Source: an uncultured Gammaproteobacteria bacterium
GTDB lineage: Bacteria > Patescibacteriota > Microgenomatia > Levybacterales > UBA12049
Assembly (NCBI GenBank): GCA_964521295.1
Contig: CAZFRF010000001.1
Location: forward strand, 577,016 to 641,015
Direction: 5' to 3'
DNA length: 64,000 nt
Made by a program: the position numbers and the translations under genes. Shown piece by piece: positions 29,727 to 39,238 of this stretch. How positions within the stretch are numbered: the first letter of the stretch is position 1; each line of letters begins with the position of its first letter. Under the pieces are notes generated by a model. The model was not told the DNA's origin and ran no database searches. It was given only the letters and a program-made list of their open reading frames with translations.

Positions 29727-31202
29727 TTAGCTATGGGATATTAACATATCTCCTATAGTAAAGTCAAGGAAAGGAGACAAAACTATACCGCATTCTCCCC
29801 CTTCTTCGACCTTAGAAGTTTGATCTTTACCTTGTCTTACTGAAACAACATGACTCTCGCCAATTGCATCTTCTCCTCTCATTAGCCTTACTTTATCTCC
29901 CTTGGCTACTCTTCCCTCCATTACTCTTATTCCACAAACAAATGTCTTATCGAATGGAAACTTAGCTAAGATTTTAGAAACACCGAAAATTTCCTCCCTA
30001 AGTGCATCAAGTTTTCCTTGAACAAATTCAGAAATTTCATCGATCATTTCATAAATTATAGTGTAATTCTTTAAAAGTACCTTTTCAGTTTTTGCTAACT
30101 TAACTATTTCTGGCTTTAATTTAACATTAAACCCTAAAACAATTGCACCTATTGATTTAGCAAATAAAATATCAGAAACCTCAACGTCACCCGTTCTTTT
30201 TAAGACAAATTTTACTTTTTCTGGAATCGAATTTGTAATTGCCTCAAGTGATCCCTCTGAATCTGCGCATAGTACAACTGCAAGAACATTTTCATCAATA
30301 TTGTCGAAAGGATTTACTGGATTTTTTGAAACTTCTTCTTTGTACTCCAATTTTTGCTCTTCGCCTTTGGTGTGAGTGATTACACTACCAACTGTTGGTA
30401 CTGATTCAAAACCTAACACTTCCACTCCTTGCCCGACACTTGCTTGCATAACTGGTTTACCTAAGTAATCTAACATACTTCTAACTTTGCCTTTTGCACC
30501 TGAATCGGCAAAAATCTCATCTTTTACATTTAAGATTCCATTTTTAACAATCAAAGTCGCTCTTGGGCCTGAATTTTTATCTAATTTTGATTCAATAACA
30601 ATTCCCATAAATTTACCATTTGCGGTAAAAGGATAAAAATTTGCTTCTTTCTTCATTTCATAAACTAAAAGTATTAAATCTAAAAGCTCTTTAATGTTAG
30701 TATTAGCCTTAGCGGACACTTCGATAAATGGAACATCTCCACCGTAATTTTCAAGCATTACTTCCTCTCTTAATAGCTGCTGAATAGCTTTATCAACTAG
30801 CTTCTGTGGATCATCTGATTTAGTAAATACAACAATAAAAGGAATCTTAGAATTTTTTAATAGGGCAATACTTTCTTTTGTTTGCGGCATTACCCCATCA
30901 ACACTTGATACAACTAAAAGCGCAACATCTGCAGCTTGAACGCCTCTACCACGCATTTGAAAAAAAGCTTCATGACCAGGGGTATCGATAAAAGTAATGT
31001 TTTCTTTTTTGCCGTTATATTCAACTTCTACAGAAGAAGCACCAATTTTTTGCGTAATTCCACCGTGTTCTCTTGCAGCAACCGTAGTATTTCTAATAGC
31101 ATCTAAAAGGGAAGTCTTACCATGGTCAACATGACCCAAAACCGCAACTACTGGCGGATAGAAAGTCTTGTCACTGTTAATGTCATTTGATTTAGTGTCC
31201 AT
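29727..31202 (-). CDS. infB: translation initiation factor IF-2, short form
   Basis: 491 aa. G domain VVAVLGHVDHGKTSLLD, DTPGHEAF, TKSD. Domains II to C2 are present. The long N-terminal region of canonical IF2 is absent. Confidence 0.9.
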   Translation of the reverse strand: MDTKSNDINSDKTFYPPVVAVLGHVDHGKTSLLDAIRNTTVAAREHGGITQKIGASSVEVEYNGKKENITFIDTPGHEAFFQMRGRGVQAADVALLVVSSVDGVMPQTKESIALLKNSKIPFIVVFTKSDDPQKLVDKAIQQLLREEVMLENYGGDVPFIEVSAKANTNIKELLDLILLVYEMKKEANFYPFTANGKFMGIVIESKLDKNSGPRATLIVKNGILNVKDEIFADSGAKGKVRSMLDYLGKPVMQASVGQGVEVLGFESVPTVGSVITHTKGEEQKLEYKEEVSKNPVNPFDNIDENVLAVVLCADSEGSLEAITNSIPEKVKFVLKRTGDVEVSDILFAKSIGAIVLGFNVKLKPEIVKLAKTEKVLLKNYTIIYEMIDEISEFVQGKLDALREEIFGVSKILAKFPFDKTFVCGIRVMEGRVAKGDKVRLMRGEDAIGESHVVSVRQGKDQTSKVEEGGECGIVLSPFLDFTIGDMLISHS

Positions 31203-31253
31203 ATTAATTTTCCCATTTTCGACAAGTTAGTATGTAAAAAATAATTTTTCATA

Positions 31254-32444
31254 TTACTTTTGCTCATCGATCTTGTCGGATTCCTCTACCTGAACTGTTT
31301 CTACCTGGGTTTGCTCTAAATTTTCTGCTTCAACTGCTGATTCTACAACTACTTCTGTTTCTTCTGGCGCTGCCTCAGCTTCAGATTTTACTTCTGCCTC
31401 TTGAACTGGCGCTGCAACTTCACTTGCTACTTCAGCTGTTTTTTCTTCTTTAATTTCTTCTTTTGGCTCATCTTTTACTTCAATTTTCGGAGCATTTGGA
31501 TCTTCTTCGATTTCAATCCTATATCCTGTTAATTTTGAAGCAAGTCTTACATTTTGACCATCTTTGCCAATTGCTAAGGAAAGTTCTTGAGGAGCTACAT
31601 ATACCTTAGCCAATTTCTCATCTTCATTTACTTCTACTCTTAACTCTTTTGCAGGAGATAACGCTTGAGCAATATAGCTTTGGGAATTTTCTTGCCATTG
31701 GATAATATCAATTTTCTCTAATCCATTAAATTCAGCAATAATTGCTTGAACCCTAACTCCTTTTTGACCAACACAGCTTCCAACTGGATCAATTCCAGAT
31801 TGGTTTGAGTAAACTGCAATTTTACTTCTATTTCCAGCTTCTCTTTCAATAGCTTTAATTTCAACTGCGCCTTGGGCAACTTCTGGAACTTCTCTCTTAA
31901 AGAGTCCTTCAAGTAAACCTTTATGAGCTCTAGAAACAACAACTTCCTCTCCCCTTAAACCCTCTTTAATTTCAACAACATAAAAAGTTAATCTTTGATT
32001 TAAATGATATTTTTCGTTAGAAATTTGTTCTACTGGTGGCATTATAGCCTCAGTTTTACCAATATCAACGATTACATTTGGACCAGCAAATCTTAAGACC
32101 ATTCCGTTTACTACTGTTCCAATTTTAAGTCTAAAGTCAGAAATAACAGCCTCTTTTTCTTTTTCTCTAATTTTTTGCAAAATAACTTGCTTTGCTGTTT
32201 GGGCTGCAATTCTTCCAAAACCCGGAGGTGTTACATCAACATCATTATGAAAAATCTTAGCTTCACCTGTATTAGAATTTAATTCTGCCCTAAATTCTTC
32301 TAATTCTGCTTCTGGATGATCTTTTCTGTAAGCAGCTAAGATTGCATTTTGAACTGTTTCTAAAACAACAACAGGATCCAGGCCTCTTTCGTTCGAAACC
32401 TGGTTTAAAGCTAATGCAAATTCACTTCTTTGTATTGCTGGCAT
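31254..32444 (-). CDS. nusA: transcription termination/antitermination factor NusA
   Basis: 396 aa. NusA N-terminal domain, S1 and two KH domains. Acidic Glu-rich C-terminal tail. Confidence 0.9.
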   Translation of the reverse strand: MPAIQRSEFALALNQVSNERGLDPVVVLETVQNAILAAYRKDHPEAELEEFRAELNSNTGEAKIFHNDVDVTPPGFGRIAAQTAKQVILQKIREKEKEAVISDFRLKIGTVVNGMVLRFAGPNVIVDIGKTEAIMPPVEQISNEKYHLNQRLTFYVVEIKEGLRGEEVVVSRAHKGLLEGLFKREVPEVAQGAVEIKAIEREAGNRSKIAVYSNQSGIDPVGSCVGQKGVRVQAIIAEFNGLEKIDIIQWQENSQSYIAQALSPAKELRVEVNEDEKLAKVYVAPQELSLAIGKDGQNVRLASKLTGYRIEIEEDPNAPKIEVKDEPKEEIKEEKTAEVASEVAAPVQEAEVKSEAEAAPEETEVVVESAVEAENLEQTQVETVQVEESDKIDEQK

Positions 32445-32493
32445 AATGGAGACAAGTATATCATTTTATGAGGCTCGCTTCAAGAAGCTAAGT

Positions 32494-34854
32494 TTAAATT
32501 TCTATCTCCCCACTAGAATTTAGATGCAAAACCAATGAACTACCCCTATTTATTTCTCCACTAAGCAACTTTCTAGCAATTAAATCTTCAATATTGTCTT
32601 GGATAAATCTTCTTAAAGGTCTAGCGCCAAATTCTTTATCATAACCTTCCTTAACAATTTTGGTTATTAGATCTTGAGAATAGGAAATACGAATGTCTTT
32701 TTCTGCTAACGTTTTAGAAAAATCAGTAAGCATGAGTTTAACGATTTGTTCAACTTCACTTAACACAAGAGGAGTAAAGACTACAATATCATCAAATCTA
32801 TTCAAAAGTTCTGGTTTAAATAGTGAATTTGTTTGTAAATATTCAAGTAAGGCTTGCTTAAACTTCTTATTTTCAGCTTTCCCCGCTTCAACGCTCTCAC
32901 GGATATATTCAGATCCGGCATTCGAAGTTGCAATAATTAAGCAATTTACAAAAGATACTGTTTTACCCCTTGCATCAGTAAGTCTTCCCTCATCAAATAC
33001 CTGCAAGAACAAATCAAGAATTTTTTTATCAGCTTTTTCAAATTCATCAAGTAAAATTAATGAATATGGATTATCAAATACAGCTTCAGTCAATAAGCCT
33101 TTATCTTGAGCATCAGTTGAGCCGATTAACTTCTTGATTCCATCTTCGCCAACAAATTCACTCATATCAAATCTTATTAAACGAGAGCTGTTACCAAAAT
33201 AAATATCCGCTAGGGCTTTTGCTGTCTGAGTTTTACCAACTCCCGTTGGTCCTAAAAAAAGAAATGAGATTGGTTTTTGTCCGTTATTTAGTCCTGCTCT
33301 AATTCTTCTAATAGCTTCAGAAATAGCTACAATTGCGTAATTTTGACCAATTACTTTTTTATGGAGCTCAGACTCTAGGTTTAATAGTAAATCTTTCTCA
33401 ACTTTCTTAGGCTCTCCCACATCTACTCTAACTACTTTTTTAATTTGTTCTAAAACATCTTGCTCTTCTAAAATTGTTTTTCCAGATAAATTCGCTGAAT
33501 TAGCGCTATCTTCTAAAAGAGCAACGCTAGATCCAGGCAAAACTTTGTCTTTTGCGTAATTTTGACCATAATTTGCAGCTGTTAAAACTGCTTTATAGGA
33601 TAAAAAGATATTATATTTATTTTCAATCTCAAAAGATTTATCAAAAAGCATAAGCAAAACTTCATCCCTAGTTGGCTCATTAAAATCTACAACGGCAAAG
33701 GAGTCCATGAGGCTCTTCATTGGCTCGACGGATTTTTTAAATTCATCCTTATTAACTGAAGCAATTATTTTCACTCTTCCTGAAGAAAGATAGGGTATTA
33801 AAACTCCAGATATATCTAAATTAAATACTCTACTTCCTAAGATATTTTGAAATTCAGGAATATAAACAATTACATTACCACTATGGGAAAGCTCTTCTAA
33901 AGTTGCGCTTAGTCTTTCCTCAAGTTCACCTTGAGTATTTGCTCCCGCCATCAATTCATCCACCATTAATTCAAATATTCTTTGATGATACAAATTTCCT
34001 TTTAGATATCCCATGTAGCTTTCAATTGCTAATTTTCCAACAATCGCTTCCTTTCCGCTTCCCGTATCTCCAACAAGCAAAACACTACTATTTTTATGCA
34101 AACCTTCAACAATTTGTTGATATTCACTGTGCCTAAGTACGGGTTCTTTTTTTATTTTCAGAAAATCTCTAGTTAAATCGATCATGTATTTTTGTGTTTC
34201 CAAGGTCCAACCATAAACCCAATCTTCTGCAATTCCTTCACCCGCGAAAATAAATTCTTTGTTTTTTGATAACTCCTCATCAGGATAAGCATTTGAGGTC
34301 CAAAGTAAAATATTAATCAAATCTACTTCTTTTAATTTAATTGAGAATAAAAATTCAGTTGTAGTTTCTGAAAGAATTAAATATGCAGCAAATAAATCTA
34401 TTGTAGTTACATATTTTCCATTTACTCTTTTGGCAATTTCAAAAGCTTTTTTAATTAATTCTTCTCTATTAACTTCTATTATTTGCAAGTCTTTTGGATC
34501 AATATCCATTTTATAAACCATAAATATTATTTGACCTTGCTTAAGAAGCTCCTTAACTAAACTTACTGAATTTTTCTTTGCCATTAAAATGGATAATGCA
34601 TTTAGACTAAAGCTATCAATGGGGTTTTCAGAATTTTGATTCACTTCTTTTAAGGGCATTAACTTTACTATTTTTTGAGTGAAAAAAATTTCAAACATTG
34701 CAAAGATAGAAACAGGAATAATAAAAAAATTGGGGTAAATACGTAAAATTAATCCAAAAAGAGCTGGAATTAGTAAAAAAAGAAAAATAAAAATTCTAAT
34801 TATCCTAAAACTAGGGCTATTATAATGAAAATAAAAATTTGCAAAATCTTTCAT
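32494..34854 (-). CDS. ClpA/ClpB-family AAA+ ATPase with a putative N-terminal membrane anchor and a degenerate first ATPase domain
   Basis: 786 aa. Residues ~15-60 form two hydrophobic helices. Clp_N-like repeats follow. In D1, Walker A is GDTGSGKE (Glu in the Ser/Thr position) and Walker B is degenerate (VIVYIPEF). D2 is canonical: GPTGVGKT, LILLDEFEKA, sensor ATSN, GARPLRR. Confidence 0.8.
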   Translation of the reverse strand: MKDFANFYFHYNSPSFRIIRIFIFLFLLIPALFGLILRIYPNFFIIPVSIFAMFEIFFTQKIVKLMPLKEVNQNSENPIDSFSLNALSILMAKKNSVSLVKELLKQGQIIFMVYKMDIDPKDLQIIEVNREELIKKAFEIAKRVNGKYVTTIDLFAAYLILSETTTEFLFSIKLKEVDLINILLWTSNAYPDEELSKNKEFIFAGEGIAEDWVYGWTLETQKYMIDLTRDFLKIKKEPVLRHSEYQQIVEGLHKNSSVLLVGDTGSGKEAIVGKLAIESYMGYLKGNLYHQRIFELMVDELMAGANTQGELEERLSATLEELSHSGNVIVYIPEFQNILGSRVFNLDISGVLIPYLSSGRVKIIASVNKDEFKKSVEPMKSLMDSFAVVDFNEPTRDEVLLMLFDKSFEIENKYNIFLSYKAVLTAANYGQNYAKDKVLPGSSVALLEDSANSANLSGKTILEEQDVLEQIKKVVRVDVGEPKKVEKDLLLNLESELHKKVIGQNYAIVAISEAIRRIRAGLNNGQKPISFLFLGPTGVGKTQTAKALADIYFGNSSRLIRFDMSEFVGEDGIKKLIGSTDAQDKGLLTEAVFDNPYSLILLDEFEKADKKILDLFLQVFDEGRLTDARGKTVSFVNCLIIATSNAGSEYIRESVEAGKAENKKFKQALLEYLQTNSLFKPELLNRFDDIVVFTPLVLSEVEQIVKLMLTDFSKTLAEKDIRISYSQDLITKIVKEGYDKEFGARPLRRFIQDNIEDLIARKLLSGEINRGSSLVLHLNSSGEIEI

Positions 34855-35177
34855 ATTTTAATAAATGGCAAATAAAACATTAAAAATGGCCAAGTTAAAA
34901 ACAGAACGAAAATTAAAATTTCAACTAAAAGTAAAAAAGAAAAAATAAAAATATCTGCCAAAATAAATAAGCTTTTTATTGCTATGCCCATAAAAATAGA
35001 AAATCTTACTAATCCCTGGCGATATTCATTTTTCCATGGTTTAAAAAAAGTTTTAAGCATCAATGGAAGCGAAAAAGCATTAAAAAAAGATTTATTTAAA
35101 TTATTAAAAAATTTTAGGAGTCTAAAAGGAGCTTCTAAATACCAAAATCTTGCAAGGTAAGCGGGCAGTTTCCACAT
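34851..35177 (-). CDS. small polytopic membrane protein, translationally coupled (ATGA overlap) to the Clp-like ATPase
   Basis: 108 aa. Trp/Phe/Pro-containing hydrophobic helices that look unlike random AT-rich translation. The stop overlaps the start of the downstream ClpB-like gene. Confidence 0.45.
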   Translation of the reverse strand: MWKLPAYLARFWYLEAPFRLLKFFNNLNKSFFNAFSLPLMLKTFFKPWKNEYRQGLVRFSIFMGIAIKSLFILADIFIFSFLLLVEILIFVLFLTWPFLMFYLPFIKI

Positions 35178-35222
35178 ATAATTTAGTATAGCTAAATTGG
35201 ATACGAAATTACAAACTAAAAT

Positions 35223-36029
35223 TTAGTTTGTTGCCGTAGGCGTTGGAACCCCAATCGTTGGAGTTGGAGTTGGAGGCTGATCCGTTGGAGTTACCGTGAT
35301 GGTTGGGGTTGGACTTAGTGGCTCAGAAGTAGGAGTAATTATCAAAAAAGGCGTAGGAGTAGGTGTAGGCATGCAAGCACCAGTTCTCTTAATACATATT
35401 TCATTTGCGCTAGCTGACCATTGATCACTAGTCTTACAACTCGTGTTACCTCCCAACACGCCTTTACTGCCATCATTACACGTGTACTTTGCATTTCTAT
35501 ATCTGTTTGAGGCATAATCTCCACAAGGATTTACATACTTAACAACTTTTACCTTGTTACATGAATTAACCGTTAAGGTTGTAACTCCAAATTCAACTAA
35601 TTTCTTTTCACCAAAATTAAACTTTCTAGCAATCAATGTTGAATTTGTATATCCCGATGGCCAGGTTGCCTGAACAGAATAGGATGATGAATTTGATTCA
35701 GCTTTTAACTTAAATTGAAAATAACCATTTGAATCTGTTGTAATTTTCTTTAAAGAAACAGGCTGATTTTTACTACCAATTTGCGTTAATAAAATTTGCT
35801 GTCCAGAAAACCCTGGCTCTTCCATATCTCGATTTGCATTTGAATTTAAATCTTTATACAAATATCCTCCTACCCAAATCTGTCGAGAATTATTATCAGA
35901 AGTTCCCAATACACCAGCTTGCCTTACGGTTAAAAACCCAGAAACACCAACAACTAATAACGCCAATAAAAGAAATTTACTTAACGGAGAAAATGAAGAT
36001 TTTGAAATTCTTCTTGATTGTCGAGCCAT
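35223..36029 (-). CDS. secreted or cell-surface protein with an SdrD-B/Cna-B-like domain, a Cys-rich module and a Pro-Thr-rich C-terminus
   Basis: N-terminal signal anchor. The DSNGYFQF motif is typical of SdrD B-like / CarboxypepD_reg folds. Eight Cys residues lie in the C-terminal module. A PTPTPT repeat tail is present. No LPXTG. Confidence 0.6.
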   Translation of the reverse strand: MARQSRRISKSSFSPLSKFLLLALLVVGVSGFLTVRQAGVLGTSDNNSRQIWVGGYLYKDLNSNANRDMEEPGFSGQQILLTQIGSKNQPVSLKKITTDSNGYFQFKLKAESNSSSYSVQATWPSGYTNSTLIARKFNFGEKKLVEFGVTTLTVNSCNKVKVVKYVNPCGDYASNRYRNAKYTCNDGSKGVLGGNTSCKTSDQWSASANEICIKRTGACMPTPTPTPFLIITPTSEPLSPTPTITVTPTDQPPTPTPTIGVPTPTATN

Positions 36030-36069
36030 AATTTATTTAGACATATAAATATATTCTTGTCAAATACTA

Positions 36070-36495
36070 TTAATTACCAGTAAATCGAGCATAAATAATA
36101 ATTAAAAATCCAACAGTTAATACTGACAACCCTAATCCCTCTATTAAGCTAACTTTTTCTTTGAATATAAAATAACTAATTAGAGTTGAAAGCAAAATAG
36201 TTCCTCCGTAAACGATGGGAGCAACTATTCCTACTTTGTTTTCTGCAAAACTCTTATTCAAAAAAAGACTAAATAAGGCGACAAAAATACCTGAAATAAT
36301 AGCCGCAATAATTCCTATTTTTTGATTACCAATCCCTGATTTCGCAAGGATTGGAACTGCGAGAATAACTGGAAGAATCGTAGAAACTAAATTTACAATC
36401 GCTGAAACTATAACAGAATTTGCCGTTCGGGAAGCAAAAGTACTAACAACTACAACCCCTGTGTAGAAAACAAGAGAAAGAAAGATATAAATCAT
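36070..36495 (-). CDS. small multi-TM membrane protein (EamA/DMT-like half-transporter)
   Basis: 141 aa with 4 predicted TM helices. Gly/Ala-rich helices typical of DMT-family proteins. Confidence 0.5.
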   Translation of the reverse strand: MIYIFLSLVFYTGVVVVSTFASRTANSVIVSAIVNLVSTILPVILAVPILAKSGIGNQKIGIIAAIISGIFVALFSLFLNKSFAENKVGIVAPIVYGGTILLSTLISYFIFKEKVSLIEGLGLSVLTVGFLIIIYARFTGN

Positions 36496-36509
36496 TTATA
36501 AATTATATA

Positions 36510-37400
36510 TTAAAACCAAGAAGATTTTTTAGGCTCCCCATCCAATTCTTTTAATAATTCTTTTTGCTTGCCAGTTAAATTTTTAGGAACAGTTACTTTT
36601 ATTCTGACATAATGATCACCAAATCCACTACCTCTTAACATTTTTACACCTTTTCCTCTGAGTCTAATTAAAGAATTTGGCTGAGTACCTGCAGGAATTT
36701 TAATCTTTACATTCCCTTGAACTGTTTCAATTTCTACTTCTGTACCTAAGGCTGCTTTTGCAAAAGAAAGTTCTTCGTTTGCGACAATATCGTAACCCTC
36801 ACGTTTAAATTTAGAATGACCACTAACTTGCAAAACTACCTCTGCATCACCAAACCTGATCCTTGAACCATCATCAACACCTGCAGGAATTTTAATATTT
36901 TGAGCTTTCCCATTTAAACTTACTTTTTTGGTTGTACCCTTAACGGCATCCATAAAGTCAATATTTAATGCGTACGTTTGCCTTCGTCTTGCACCTTGAC
37001 CCCCAAATGGATTACCTCCTCCAAAAAATTGTTCAAAAATATCAAAGGGATCAGAAAAACCACCGAAATCAAATCCTCCACCATTTGAAGTGTATGTATA
37101 GGTAAATGGACCTTGTTGACCACCAAACCCACCGAAGCCACCGCCAAATGGACCACCTGCACCTGGACCACCTTGCTCAAAAGCTGCTTCTCCAAACTGA
37201 TCATAAGTTTGTCTTTTTTGTGCATCAGATAAAACCTCGTAGGCTTTAGTTACTTCTTTAAACTTATCCTCAGCTACCTTATCGCCTTTATTCCTATCTG
37301 GATGATATTGTAGAGCTAGCTTTCTATAAGCTTTTTTAATTTCTGTATCAGATGCTCCTTTAGAAACACCTAGGATTGAATAATAATCTTTATTTGCCAT
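36510..37400 (-). CDS. dnaJ: DnaJ-family co-chaperone, type II (J domain + G/F region, no zinc finger), CbpA-like
   Basis: J-domain [33 protein letters not shown]. Long Gly/Phe-rich linker. C-terminal substrate-binding domains. No CxxCxGxG repeats. Confidence 0.8.
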   Translation of the reverse strand: MANKDYYSILGVSKGASDTEIKKAYRKLALQYHPDRNKGDKVAEDKFKEVTKAYEVLSDAQKRQTYDQFGEAAFEQGGPGAGGPFGGGFGGFGGQQGPFTYTYTSNGGGFDFGGFSDPFDIFEQFFGGGNPFGGQGARRRQTYALNIDFMDAVKGTTKKVSLNGKAQNIKIPAGVDDGSRIRFGDAEVVLQVSGHSKFKREGYDIVANEELSFAKAALGTEVEIETVQGNVKIKIPAGTQPNSLIRLRGKGVKMLRGSGFGDHYVRIKVTVPKNLTGKQKELLKELDGEPKKSSWF

Positions 37401-37414
37401 ATTTTAATTATAAA

Positions 37415-39178
37415 TTATTTTACTGTTACACTCTTAGCCAAATTTCTTGGCTTATCTGGATCTAAATTTTTATTCACTGCCAGATAATATGCCAATAACT
37501 GAATTGGCACAATTTGTGCAACAGCACTTCCTTCTTTTAAATCTTTAATTTCAATAAAGTAATCAAAAATAGAACTATTCTTAAAACTTATTCCAATAAT
37601 TATAGCTCCTCTTGCTTTTACTTCCATTGCATTAGACATAATTGCTTCATAAGTTTCATCATTTGGCGCAAAAACAATTACTGGCGTGCCTTTAGAAATT
37701 AATGCAATTGGTCCATGCTTTAGCTCTCCACCAGCTAATCCTTCTGCATGAATATAGCTTACTTCTCTAATTTTTAAAGCAGCCTCTAAAGCAGATGGAA
37801 AACTTAAACCCCTACCAATAATAAAAATATGCTCTTTGGTAGTTAAAAATGAAGCAATTTTTTTAATATTTTCTAAATTCTTTTTTTCTAAAATTCTATT
37901 TATTTCTAAAATAACTTTATCAAGCAATTTTTTACCTTCTGAAAATTTATTTACAGAAGCATAGGTAAGCAAAAATAATACACCTAATTTTGCTAAATAT
38001 GCTTTTGTAGAGGCAACAGCTTTTTCAACTCCTGCATTTAATAAAAGTTGTCCTTCAGACATTCTATAAATTGTTGAACCTTTTACATTGGTAACTGCAA
38101 AAATTTTGCTCCCTTTATTTTTTGCTCTATTTAATGGTTCAACAATATCAATTGTTTCTCCACTTTGAGAAAAAGCTACTATTAAGCTTTTCTTAGTTAA
38201 AAAATCTTCTAGATAATTAAATTCTGATGCAAAAGTAGTATTAATATGAACCTTAGCTATTTTTGAAAATAAATATGTACCAAAAAGACAAGCAAAATAT
38301 GCTGTGCCAGCGCCAATAAAATATGTTCCAAAAGCATTTTCTATCTCTTGAGATAAAACCTCTACTTCTTTCTTCTTAGTTTTAGCAATATTTTCCAATA
38401 CCTTTGGCTGTTCATAAATTTCTTTCAACATATAATGCTGAAATTTTCCCAAACCTTCGTCCTTAATATTTTTTTCTAAAATTTCATAATCAATTTTTAT
38501 TTCTTTACCCGTTGGCAAAGAAAATAATGAGATGTCTTTACCTAATAAAATCATTTGATTGTCTTTTAAGAAGATTGCATTATTTGTATGACTTGCTACT
38601 CCAGTTGGATCAGAAGAAATATACAATGAATCCTTGGCTACTCCAACAATTAATGGAGATCCTGTTTTAGCTGCAGCTATTTCATCAGTTTTTGAATTTA
38701 AAACAACAACTGCATTTAAACCTTTTACCTTATTAAAAGCCCTTAAAACTGCATTTTTAAAATCAAGAATTTTTAAATATTCTTCTACTAAATGAGGGAA
38801 AACTTCTGTATCTGTTTCTGAAATAAATTTATGTTTTTTTTGGATAAGCTCTTCTCTTATCTCTAAATAATTTTCAATAATTCCGTTATGAACTACTGCT
38901 ATATCCTTGCTGCAATCTAAATGTGGATGAGAGTTTATATCTGTAACGCCACCGTGAGTTGCCCAACGAGTATGTCCAACCCCCAAAGTACTTTTAGGAA
39001 GATTTACTTTCGCGGTCCCAATGTTCCCAACATGCTTGTCAACTAATATTTTTGAATTATTAGATTTTACAGCAACACCCCAAGAATCATACCCTCTATA
39101 TTCAAGAAGTTTTAAGCCATCTAAAACAATTTCTGGGTCTTTATTTGTATTTGCAACAAAACCGAAAATACCACACAT
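37415..39178 (-). CDS. glmS: glutamine--fructose-6-phosphate aminotransferase
   Basis: 587 aa. N-terminal MCGIFGFVA (the Ntn Cys follows Met). Two SIS domains. C-terminal ...KSVTVK. Confidence 0.9.
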   Translation of the reverse strand: MCGIFGFVANTNKDPEIVLDGLKLLEYRGYDSWGVAVKSNNSKILVDKHVGNIGTAKVNLPKSTLGVGHTRWATHGGVTDINSHPHLDCSKDIAVVHNGIIENYLEIREELIQKKHKFISETDTEVFPHLVEEYLKILDFKNAVLRAFNKVKGLNAVVVLNSKTDEIAAAKTGSPLIVGVAKDSLYISSDPTGVASHTNNAIFLKDNQMILLGKDISLFSLPTGKEIKIDYEILEKNIKDEGLGKFQHYMLKEIYEQPKVLENIAKTKKKEVEVLSQEIENAFGTYFIGAGTAYFACLFGTYLFSKIAKVHINTTFASEFNYLEDFLTKKSLIVAFSQSGETIDIVEPLNRAKNKGSKIFAVTNVKGSTIYRMSEGQLLLNAGVEKAVASTKAYLAKLGVLFLLTYASVNKFSEGKKLLDKVILEINRILEKKNLENIKKIASFLTTKEHIFIIGRGLSFPSALEAALKIREVSYIHAEGLAGGELKHGPIALISKGTPVIVFAPNDETYEAIMSNAMEVKARGAIIIGISFKNSSIFDYFIEIKDLKEGSAVAQIVPIQLLAYYLAVNKNLDPDKPRNLAKSVTVK

Positions 39179-39238
39179 AAAAGTTAGCTATTATAACAAA
39201 TTGCCACGGAGATTTTTCTTATAAGCTTCATTGAGGTT

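Noticed and set aside
34657-34854. Doubt about the N-terminal TM region of the ClpB-like ORF
   Set aside because: It could be spurious read-through of AT-rich sequence, which translates to Phe/Ile/Leu. I kept it because the segment contains Pro/Gly/Ala/Met/Glu in helix-like spacing and the ATGA coupling to the upstream gene fits this start. It is flagged as uncertain.
39179-39238. glmS ribozyme/riboswitch upstream of glmS
   Set aside because: Only ~60 nt of leader is available and no glmS ribozyme core motifs are visible. It is too short for the ~170-nt element.
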